Below are positions 8,601 to 16,490 of a stretch of DNA of 45,778 nucleotides, one piece after another (position 1 is the first letter of the stretch; each line of letters begins with the position of its first letter). Under the pieces are notes generated by a model. That model was not told where the DNA came from, ran no database searches, and saw nothing but the letters and a program-made list of their open reading frames with translations. This stretch comes from Pricia sp. (GTDB taxonomy: Bacteria > Bacteroidota > Bacteroidia > Flavobacteriales > Flavobacteriaceae): NCBI GenBank assembly GCA_049683055.1, contig JBAUIP010000209.1, positions 1 to 45,778 of the forward strand. Direction: 5' to 3'. The position numbers were made by a program, and so were the translations under genes.

Positions 8601-11600
8601 CAGTAGTGTAGGCGGTATCAAGACCATCGGCATTTACCGTGCCGGTAGGAGCGGTATATCCTATCGTTGTCTGCGCTTCCACATTATCGGGAATACCATC
8701 GCCATCGCTATCGAGATCCAGGAAGTCGGTGATAGCATCGGCATCCACAGTACTTTCTGCAATCGCATAATTAATTGTGGCACCAAGGGAATCGTCGGAC
8801 TCTATGGCGTCGAACAGACCGTTGGTTCCGAATTCGGTGGCTCCGCCATCGATACGGCCGTCATCGTCTGCATCGCTGACGCCCGCTTGGTCCAAGGCAC
8901 CGCCTTCCACCACATCGTAAATTCCATCGCCGTCGCTATCAAGGTCCAAACTGTTCAGAATTCCATCACCGTCGGTGTCGTTGCATGTAAATCCATCCGT
9001 CGTAATCCATGCCTTGCCATCGGGACCATCGCCGGTCGCGTTGTGTGCTGTCACTTCGAGTGAGCCCACCAATGTGCCCACCGGGGCCAAATCGGTCATC
9101 GGAATGATGGCCACCTTGGTATTCTGGCCGTTGAAAGCGGTGACCGGGCTGTCGATATAAGCTGAAGTCGGAACGATATAGGGGGATGCGTTGATCAGAT
9201 TCCCACCTGCATCGTAGAGATTTAGCGAATAGGGGTTGTTGCCAAAACGTTCCATCAAGACCAAGAACCCCTCTGTGGTCACGGGTATAGGATCGTAGGT
9301 CAAGGTATAGGAATCCGTGGCGACAATATTGTTGTTCATCACCTGATAGTGGTTCAGGTCTTGCGACTGAAAGGCCAACAAAATATCGCTGTCCCAAGTA
9401 GGACTCGTGATATTGGTTCCGGTAGGCCTATGGTACACCTCGTAAATATCGTTCGCATTGTTGGAAGCAAAATTGGAGGTAAAGTCGATTGGTTTGTTGA
9501 AATTATCGAGCACATCGGGAACGCCGACAATCGTAATCGAATTCAAGATCCCAGGGCCGTTGCCTCCGGATCCGGTCACATCGAAAGTTACGTCTCCCAT
9601 AGAAACGAACCCGGTACGGGACGGGCTCAAGTTGCATTCTTGATCGTCGGGTATACCGTCGTTGTCGTCGTCAAGGTCCTCATCGTTCTTTATTCCGTCG
9701 CCATCGGTATCTTCCCTATCGTCTATACCGTCCCTGAAATCGACATCCCCGTCGCTGGTGGCATCGTTATCACCATCGGGCAGACGGGTTCCGCCAGCAA
9801 TGGGACTTTCGATGATGCCTCCGGGACGGCCATAGTCGGCGGAGATGTCCGTGACATTATCAAGACCATCATTGTCGTCGTCGTTTCCGGTCAAAATCAA
9901 TCCGGCCTCGACAGCATCCAAGGCCCCTTCGTTATCGGAATCCGTATCCAGATAATCGGGCAAATCGGCGGAATCGGTATTGACCGGTAAAAGGCCTCCT
10001 AAATAAGCGGAATTGATTCCCGCATTCGTTTCGTAGGTCGCGGCATCGTCGCTGTTCTGTGGAGTGTAGCCCAAAGTGGTCTGCGCTTCGACGTTATCGG
10101 GAATACCGTCCCCATCGGAATCCAGATCCAAGAAATCATAGATCGTATCCATATCATCCGTACTTTCAGCCACTGTGTAATTGACCGTTCCACCATCGGG
10201 ATTGGCCTGAACGGCATCGGGAATACCGTCGGCACCCACAGGTCCGTCGGCAACGCCGTTGGTATGAGCCTGCCCATGACCAGCCTCTACAGCATCCAAG
10301 ATTCCGTCGTTATCACTGTCCAAATCTAAGTAATTGGGTATACCATCGCTATCGGAGTCCGTACCGTTGGTCGACGGGTCATTGTCTCCATCCGTATTCA
10401 AATCCTCAAAACTATCCGGAATACCGTCATTATCGTTATCCCGATCAAAACAATCCGCTACGCTGTCGAAATCCTGATCCGGAGCGATTATCGTTATCGC
10501 CGTTTCATCGTCGATGGCCGCGGTATCAGGGTCGTTCGAATCGACACGATCAGGCAATCCCGGGGAATTGCTACTGATGTTATCCAGATAGGTGGGATTG
10601 CTGTATTGATCTGGCCCGCTGTAATTTTCGGGCAGTCGAACATCGATACTAAAACTGCTCTCGCCTACGGGAACCGTCATCACGAGATTACTACTGGCCT
10701 GTCCGGTCAGAGAACCAGTAAATACGTAGCCGGGCGAGGCTCCATAGGGTTCGCCGGCATAGGTCAATCCATCGGTAAGTACCTCTTGAAAATTGATATT
10801 AGTAAGATCCGTACCCGTTTCATTACGAATACGATAGGTGTAAGTGACAACATCGTTGGAACATATGTCTTGGCTATCGACGGCATCCTTTGCGAACTCG
10901 ATGCTAAATACGCAAGAACAGCCATCATTAACTGTGGTAGAAGGACCGTTCGCCAACGGCGTGACCACACCGGTATCGGGGTCGATGGTCACCAATGTTT
11001 CCTGGCCGGATCCGGGTACGGTCTCATCGTCCCCATAAGCAATAATCCCATTTGAACTGTCATAATATAGTGCGCCAAAAAGTCTATATCGAGTGTTGGG
11101 GCTTCCAATCAGGATTTTTGAAGCATCCGAAGGCTCTAAGGTAAAGAGTTGTTTGGTATCAAAAGACCACCCGTATATCTTCCCGTCTTCGGGGTTAACG
11201 GCAATATCGGAAGTGTTTTCACCGGTACTTCCGATTAAGGTTGCGGAACGCGTAGCGATATCGATATGAAAGAGCCTTTGTGATTGCCCGGTGACGTAGT
11301 AATTTCCGTTGACATCGAAAGCACCTGCCTCATTGGTTCCGGAGAGTCCCGTGATGCTTCCCATATTCAATACCTGCCCGTTCGCATCTATACGATACAA
11401 AGTGTATGGGGAATTGACCTCAATACCGTAGATATAGTTATCGAGGGCGTTGTAGCCAATGGAATTGACGCCATTCAATATTCCGTTATCGGTAAGATTG
11501 GCCAACGGAATCAGGTCGCCGGTGGTGGGGTCGATTTCATATAAAATCATATCACCATTTGTCCGCAGAGTCTGAAATAGCCTACCGTCGCAGACCCAAG

Positions 11601-13356
11601 GTTGTGGTCCCGGCGAAAAATCGTTGTCGAAAATCGTGCCTTGGCCTTCGTCATCCGTGAAGTTGACCGGGTCGCTACTGGACAAGGTCAGGCTAAAATT
11701 TTCGGTAGGTTCGGGGGATGCATCATCTATTGCCACCACATCAAAAGTAACGGTCGAATCGCCACTTGGCAATGTAACCGTAGCCGGACCGTTATAGTCG
11801 CTGCCGTCGGCGGTCCCATCCGAATAGGAAATCGTAAAGTTCAGATCCCTGGCTGTCGCATGGGATACCGTTATGGTAAAGCCCATGTTGAAGCCTTCCG
11901 TTTTCAGGGCATCGTTTACGGTGATATCGGGATTGATAAAAAGGTCCGCACTGGCGGATGCCATATCCGGCGTACAGGCGTTGTTCGGATCGGTAACTAT
12001 TAGCCGATAATCGTTGGAATGCTCCGAGGAAGTAATACCGCTCAACAGCAATGTCGTGGTATCGGCACCGGAATAGATGCCGCCGTTGACGATGGAATTC
12101 CAGGTTGCCCCTTCATCGGTACTTTCCTCCCATTGATAGGTAAGGCCGGTTCCTGTCACTGAGGCAGAAAATGAAGCACCGCCTCCAACGTTGGTGGTTT
12201 GATCGGTCGGTGAACTATCAATGGTTACGGTCTGATTGGGAGTGGTTACGTTGGCATTGGTTCCAGTGTATCCTCCTTGGCCGGTTACTTGGCCATTGGC
12301 ATTTACGGTAACCGGTGAATTTCCCAAAACACCGTTATTATCTGGGTCGGTGTGGCCAGCTTCAAGAGTGTCAAAACAATTATCGCCATCGGTCTCCAAA
12401 TCGACATAATCTTCAAGGGTATCGGAATCTTCGGGACTTTCGGCGATGCTGTAGTTGATGGAATCGCTATCCGGGACGGTCTCCACCGCATCCGGTAGAC
12501 CGTTCATCCCAACAGGGCCATCAACAACGCCATTTGTATGCGCTTGGCCATGGCCAGCCTCGACAGTATCCAAAATACCATCATTGTCGGAATCCAAATC
12601 CAAATTATTGGGTATACCATCGTAATCCGTATCGGTACAAAGTTCATGCACTGCGATGGCATCCAAAAAATTGCCGCGGTCCACGTTACCGTTAGCGGTC
12701 GAAACCCGCTCAAAACGCACCTCGGTAATGGTCTGCCCTGCCGGTACGGTGAATTTAGGACTATGACGTGTCCACGCCGTATCATCCGAAGAAAATTGAC
12801 CAAGACTGACATAGGGTCCGCCGGGCGGACCTTGAAAAACTTCGATTACATCTACCCCGTATCTGCCCCTATGCGCGAAGTGTACTTGGGTGAGTGCCGC
12901 GGGAGTGGAAGCGTAACTCTGAAAAAGAACCGATTCTAAATTGGCACTGAGTTCCACAAAATAATTTCCGGAAAGGGCAGGAATCCCGTTAAAACCCGAT
13001 TCCCACACCTCTATCTGGTCGTCGGCGGCCGTGGTCTCCCATCCCGGGATATCGCCCTCGTTGAAAAAATATTGAAACGGGGGGCCGGCAGAAGTAAATG
13101 TAGCGTCGGAAGGATCTAAGTTCTCAAAACTGGGATTGACGTTCTCGGGATTGCCATCATCGAACATCGTACCGCATTCCGCCAAATCGGGAATGCCATC
13201 ATTGTCATCGTCAAGGTCTACGGCATCCTCGAAGGTATCACCATCGGTATCGGTTTGGGCCATTGCAGCATCGGAAAAGACCAATACCAACAATAATAGC
13301 AGTAATCTGAGAGCTGTATATTTTTTGTAAAAAGTAGTCTTGTTGCAAATAATCAT
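5629..13356 (-). CDS. 2575-aa T9SS type-B-CTD surface protein: two carbohydrate-binding-like jelly rolls, Ig-like, Calx-beta, beta-propeller-like and Asp-rich TSP3-like repeats
   Basis: Signal peptide ending AMA-Q; many DxDxDGIxD repeats; C-terminal VFNVVTPNDD...IFNRWG...LPAGTYFYVL..GHLYLN; followed by a PorP gene. Confidence 0.9.
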   Translation of the reverse strand: MIICNKTTFYKKYTALRLLLLLLVLVFSDAAMAQTDTDGDTFEDAVDLDDDNDGIPDLAECGTMFDDGNPENVNPSFENLDPSDATFTSAGPPFQYFFNEGDIPGWETTAADDQIEVWESGFNGIPALSGNYFVELSANLESVLFQSYASTPAALTQVHFAHRGRYGVDVIEVFQGPPGGPYVSLGQFSSDDTAWTRHSPKFTVPAGQTITEVRFERVSTANGNVDRGNFLDAIAVHELCTDTDYDGIPNNLDLDSDNDGILDTVEAGHGQAHTNGVVDGPVGMNGLPDAVETVPDSDSINYSIAESPEDSDTLEDYVDLETDGDNCFDTLEAGHTDPDNNGVLGNSPVTVNANGQVTGQGGYTGTNANVTTPNQTVTIDSSPTDQTTNVGGGASFSASVTGTGLTYQWEESTDEGATWNSIVNGGIYSGADTTTLLLSGITSSEHSNDYRLIVTDPNNACTPDMASASADLFINPDITVNDALKTEGFNMGFTITVSHATARDLNFTISYSDGTADGSDYNGPATVTLPSGDSTVTFDVVAIDDASPEPTENFSLTLSSSDPVNFTDDEGQGTIFDNDFSPGPQPWVCDGRLFQTLRTNGDMILYEIDPTTGDLIPLANLTDNGILNGVNSIGYNALDNYIYGIEVNSPYTLYRIDANGQVLNMGSITGLSGTNEAGAFDVNGNYYVTGQSQRLFHIDIATRSATLIGSTGENTSDIAVNPEDGKIYGWSFDTKQLFTLEPSDASKILIGSPNTRYRLFGALYYDSSNGIIAYGDDETVPGSGQETLVTIDPDTGVVTPLANGPSTTVNDGCSCVFSIEFAKDAVDSQDICSNDVVTYTYRIRNETGTDLTNINFQEVLTDGLTYAGEPYGASPGYVFTGSLTGQASSNLVMTVPVGESSFSIDVRLPENYSGPDQYSNPTYLDNISSNSPGLPDRVDSNDPDTAAIDDETAITIIAPDQDFDSVADCFDRDNDNDGIPDSFEDLNTDGDNDPSTNGTDSDSDGIPNYLDLDSDNDGILDAVEAGHGQAHTNGVADGPVGADGIPDAVQANPDGGTVNYTVAESTDDMDTIYDFLDLDSDGDGIPDNVEAQTTLGYTPQNSDDAATYETNAGINSAYLGGLLPVNTDSADLPDYLDTDSDNEGALDAVEAGLILTGNDDDNDGLDNVTDISADYGRPGGIIESPIAGGTRLPDGDNDATSDGDVDFRDGIDDREDTDGDGIKNDEDLDDDNDGIPDDQECNLSPSRTGFVSMGDVTFDVTGSGGNGPGILNSITIVGVPDVLDNFNKPIDFTSNFASNNANDIYEVYHRPTGTNITSPTWDSDILLAFQSQDLNHYQVMNNNIVATDSYTLTYDPIPVTTEGFLVLMERFGNNPYSLNLYDAGGNLINASPYIVPTSAYIDSPVTAFNGQNTKVAIIPMTDLAPVGTLVGSLEVTAHNATGDGPDGKAWITTDGFTCNDTDGDGILNSLDLDSDGDGIYDVVEGGALDQAGVSDADDDGRIDGGATEFGTNGLFDAIESDDSLGATINYAIAESTVDADAITDFLDLDSDGDGIPDNVEAQTTIGYTAPTGTVNADGLDTAYTTGLVPENTDGTDSPDYLDLDSDNEGHNDTTEAGIALSGTDNDNDGLDDGLDGNVTSYANPGGTIDNPLTAPLELLDSDNDATSGGDVDYRDAIDDRPDNDNDGIVDALDFDDDNDGILDTDEGCGNLIINGSFEQDDFTDPVAYPNGFTSANGTFIGTTYNTNTLTSWNYSQNLDGWVEGGSFGPAIFADAYQGTQYLDIIGSNNVTGGISNVLDQTVQVVPGTPYTLSFFWGEDIGHAAGERVTVELDVMGSDGTSILDETFVTIATGAVNGSVGPRKWFYVERTFTVATEEVIVQFSSIPPASNVSAGASLDFVELYAASITDCLDSDNDGIPDSLDLDSDNDGIYDTVEAGHGAAHTNGILNGTVGADGIPDSVQDDPNREMVNYAPLDSDGDDIIDVQEIDSDNDGCFDVTEAGFTDGDADGILGNTPATVDADGLVIATADGYLFPLDADGNGILDYREAGTFPVIDTQPTDHTVCSDRSVSFFVSATDADVFQWQLFDGTDWSDLSDSGPYTGTDTDTLQIVTATLAENGNRYRAVVSNTALACGILNSEEVTLTVAETPNITIGDAQETEGGIIRFPVTLSSTSCLAEDILLTFSFTDGTADASDYDTSSVQITIPAGSLMGEVAVQTAPDEIDEGDETFTISIASIDAGSVSDFSDTATGTILDDDITELDSDDDGILDSFEDLNEDGDNNPATNPTNSDGDLYPDYLDIDSDNDGIPDNVEAQTTSGYIPPSLRDDNANGLDDAYEVGVRMGLIPVNTDGTDFPDYLDLDSDNDNVPDAIEGHDANHDGIADISFVGSDKDDDGLDDGYEGAVQIDADVNDEIDDPARDLPDNDGDGNLDYRDIDDDNDDIPTLEEDSNSDGNYANDDEDGDGTPDYLEPNYPPVEVFNVVTPNDDRVHDYLTITGLEIRPNNSIKIFNRWGVLVYETQSYDSQGNRFDGISRARATFGKEEKLPAGTYFYVLNYEDIEGGFKTLSGHLYLN

Positions 13357-13420
13357 ACGATTTGGGGTTGCATGAGGTATTCAAAACGTTAAGTTTTTGA
13401 AAATCTTATAATGATTATTC

Positions 13421-14398
13421 TCAAAAAAATCGCGGCGATTTCAGATTTCCCGTAGTTGATATAAAGTCATACCGGAAAATGACCTCGAACGAACCGTCAT
13501 TGAAAGCCTGGCTACCGAGTTCGGTGGTCTCCCGGTCGTAGGCCATACCGATCAGCACCTTGTTCGAAATATTGAAGCCGAGCATACCGCTAAAAGCCGC
13601 ATTCCAACGGTAGGCCGCCCCGAGGATGAACTTTTCGCTCAGCATAAAATTAGAGGATAAATCGACCTGCAAAGGCGCTCCTTGTACCACCTTGGTCAGA
13701 ATTGTTGGCTTAAATTTCAAAAAGGGATTCAGGTCCCAAACGTACCCCGTGATCAAATAAAAGTTCATTTGCTCCTTGGCGGTGGACAGCGATTCTCCGT
13801 CAAAATGAGAAGTCTCCAAAAAACGGGGCACGGAAAGACCGGCGTAGAATTTTTCGTTGTGATAGTACACACCCGCACCGAAGTTGGGGGTGAAACGGTT
13901 ATCGATATCCTGTTGCAGGCTCTGGTCTTGAATGGGCCTTCCGTTGGGATCGGTACGTTGCTGGTTCAGGCTTGAGAACTGCACGTCCAACAACTGGGCG
14001 CCCGCTTTAAGGCCAAAACTCAATCGACCTTTGGTGGAAGTATATACCGTGTATGAAAAATCAATATCGAAATTATCCTCCGCCGTAGGTCCGATGCGGT
14101 CCCTGATAATCGAGGCCCCGAGACCGACGCCCCGGTATCCTATAGGGGAATGTACGTTCAAACTTTGCGTTTGTGGCGCCCCATCGAGGCCCACCCACTG
14201 CGACCGGTAGAGCAGTGCGCTACTTATGTGCCCGCGCGACCCGGCATAAGCGGGATTTACGCTGACCGTATTATACATATACTGGGTGTACTGTGCATCT
14301 TGCTGGGCAAAAAGGCCTTCCCCGAGGGAAAGAAATGCCACCGCGAGAAAAGCAAGCAGAGATCGGTAATAGCGTTCAGTATGATTTGGGATGTTCAT
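13421..14398 (-). CDS. T9SS PorP/SprF family outer-membrane protein (paralogue 2)
   Basis: AQQDAQYTQYMYNTVSVNPAYAGSRG, C-terminal SPRFF. Start re-called to ATG 14398, 4 nt after the upstream stop. Confidence 0.93.
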   Translation of the reverse strand: MNIPNHTERYYRSLLAFLAVAFLSLGEGLFAQQDAQYTQYMYNTVSVNPAYAGSRGHISSALLYRSQWVGLDGAPQTQSLNVHSPIGYRGVGLGASIIRDRIGPTAEDNFDIDFSYTVYTSTKGRLSFGLKAGAQLLDVQFSSLNQQRTDPNGRPIQDQSLQQDIDNRFTPNFGAGVYYHNEKFYAGLSVPRFLETSHFDGESLSTAKEQMNFYLITGYVWDLNPFLKFKPTILTKVVQGAPLQVDLSSNFMLSEKFILGAAYRWNAAFSGMLGFNISNKVLIGMAYDRETTELGSQAFNDGSFEVIFRYDFISTTGNLKSPRFF

Positions 14399-14402
14399 GT
14401 TG

Positions 14403-16430
14403 CTATCTATTAATGTATAGGTAACCAGATTTTGTCTTGGTATCCCCCAGATTATCTTTGTATTCCAAGATATAGAAATAGGTACCGACAGGTAGTTTAC
14501 GGTTGGTGTCGACCGTAACCCGCCCTTGGGAGGTACCATCAAAAACGTTGCCCTGCGTGTCGTAGGCCTGCGTTCCGAAAACCAGCACGCCCCAGCGGTT
14601 ATAAATGTGGACGGAGTTGTCGGGGTAATTCTCCAGCCCGTCAATTTTCAATACGTCATGAATTTCGTCACCGTTCGGGGTTATCACGTTAAATACCTCA
14701 ATTTCGTCGTCCAGGGCGTTCGGCTCAAGATATTCCGGAATACCGTTTCCGTTGCTGTCATCGTTGGCGTAATTACCATCATTATCAATGTCTTCATCCC
14801 GTGATGCGATGCCGTCATCGTCATCATCGGTATCCCTGTAATCGACTTCCCCATCGCCATCGGTATTCGGCAGGTCATGGTAGGGATCGTCATATTCGTC
14901 ATTGACATCGAGGTCAATAGTGACACTTCCTTCGTATCCATCATCCAACCCGTCATTATCCTTATCGGAACCTATTCGTTCGACATCCGCTATACCGTCC
15001 CGATTGTGGTCATGTCCTTCAATGGCATCGGGAATATTATCGTTGTCACTGTCCACATCCACATAATCCGGCAGGTCATCGCCATCGGTATCCTCGGGAA
15101 TCAGTCCCACTACCCCATCCTGTTCATAGGCATCATCGAGTCCGTTGCCGTTCGCATCCTCTCCGCTGGGCGGTATGTATGTTAACGTAGGCTGGGCCTC
15201 GACATTGTCCGGTATACCATCATTATCGCTGTCTATATCCAAATAATCGGCCAACGAATCGTCATCGGAATTGGTGGGGTCGGTAGATGGGTCGTTATCG
15301 CCGTCCAAATTCAGATCCTCGAAGACATCGGGAATTCCGTCGTCATCGCTATCCAGATCGGCATCCATGGCATCGATGATAACGGTTACGGTGGCCGTAC
15401 TACAATTTCCCGACGTATCGCACAGCGTATAGGTAAAGCTATCGGTGCCCAAATAATCGGTGTTCGGCATATATTCTATGGTATTGTCGGATGGATTATC
15501 GATTGTACCGTTGTCGTTGATGGTGGCGTTTCCGTTGGGTGGATTGGTGATGTTCATGGTTCCAATGGATGGAAGGTCGTTGTCGTTCGCGAGCACGTTC
15601 AAGGTCATTCCCGAATTCTCGATGGTAACCATCATATCGTCTATAGCATCCAAAATAGGATGCACATCGATGTCGACGGTCGCCGTACTACAAGCACCGG
15701 ATGTATTGCACACGGTATAGTCAAAAGTATCGGGGCCGTTATAATCCGGATTCGGGATGTACGTGACGATGTCGTCGGACGGGTCGTTCGGAGTTCCGTT
15801 GTTGTCGATGTTCGTTGTTCCGTTGTCCGGCGTTTCGGAAATCGAAAGCGAGCCGCTGTTAGGAAGGTCGGAATCATTGGCATAGATATCAATAACAATC
15901 GATGTGTCTTCATCGAGGTCCGCGATATCGTCGACCAAGGTTGCCCCTTCGTCCATGCACACCACCGTAAAGTTGGGAAGGCTTTTGCTGTTGCCGGCTT
16001 TGGTTATTGTGGCCGTATATCTTACGACCGTTTCGGATGCGGTAACCGTGGGATTACTTTGATCGCCGGGGATGGCCGGACTCCAAGTTAGCGTCGCCCC
16101 CGGTGGCACCGGATTGGCACTGATGTCCAACGTTACCTCATTATCGGGAGTGCCGCACCGGGTAACGATAAAATATCCTGTAGCATTTTGTCCGCAATTG
16201 GTTCCGTCGTAGGTAGCGAAATAAACCCCTGGATCGGTCACCTCATAAAAGGAATCCGTTCCCAGCACTGTAGTATTGTTCGAAGCTTCATACCACTGCC
16301 AGTTTGATCTCGCGCCATCGCTATCATTGGTCGGAGCCTGAAGCAAATATTGGCCATGGGAAACGGCAAGCCCCAGCAAGGTAAACACCAGACTGAGGAC
16401 AAGCTTTTTATATATAGGGATGCGTTTCAA
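14403..16430 (-). CDS. 675-aa T9SS type-B-CTD protein: unassigned N-terminal region, two cadherin/Ig-like repeats, Asp-rich stalk
   Basis: TTG start; signal ending SHG-Q; two ND.D...P.NG...Y.PN.DY.G.D.F.Y..C...G.CSTATV repeats; CTD FNVITPNGD...IYNRWG...LPVGTYFYIL..GYLYINR. Confidence 0.9.
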   Translation of the reverse strand: MKRIPIYKKLVLSLVFTLLGLAVSHGQYLLQAPTNDSDGARSNWQWYEASNNTTVLGTDSFYEVTDPGVYFATYDGTNCGQNATGYFIVTRCGTPDNEVTLDISANPVPPGATLTWSPAIPGDQSNPTVTASETVVRYTATITKAGNSKSLPNFTVVCMDEGATLVDDIADLDEDTSIVIDIYANDSDLPNSGSLSISETPDNGTTNIDNNGTPNDPSDDIVTYIPNPDYNGPDTFDYTVCNTSGACSTATVDIDVHPILDAIDDMMVTIENSGMTLNVLANDNDLPSIGTMNITNPPNGNATINDNGTIDNPSDNTIEYMPNTDYLGTDSFTYTLCDTSGNCSTATVTVIIDAMDADLDSDDDGIPDVFEDLNLDGDNDPSTDPTNSDDDSLADYLDIDSDNDGIPDNVEAQPTLTYIPPSGEDANGNGLDDAYEQDGVVGLIPEDTDGDDLPDYVDVDSDNDNIPDAIEGHDHNRDGIADVERIGSDKDNDGLDDGYEGSVTIDLDVNDEYDDPYHDLPNTDGDGEVDYRDTDDDDDGIASRDEDIDNDGNYANDDSNGNGIPEYLEPNALDDEIEVFNVITPNGDEIHDVLKIDGLENYPDNSVHIYNRWGVLVFGTQAYDTQGNVFDGTSQGRVTVDTNRKLPVGTYFYILEYKDNLGDTKTKSGYLYINR

Positions 16431-16490
16431 ATCGATGGGGATCGGTTTTTATCTGTTTCTATCCGTTTGGTTCCGTTTTATGGATTGGGA

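Noticed and set aside
5629..13356. Labelling the large CTD proteins sprB and the barrels sprF
   Set aside because: No SprB-type repeat array and no sprC/sprD context; only family-level assignment is supported.
14399..14644. N-terminal extension of PorP paralogue 2
   Set aside because: Overlaps the upstream CTD gene in another frame; the signal peptide follows ATG 14398.
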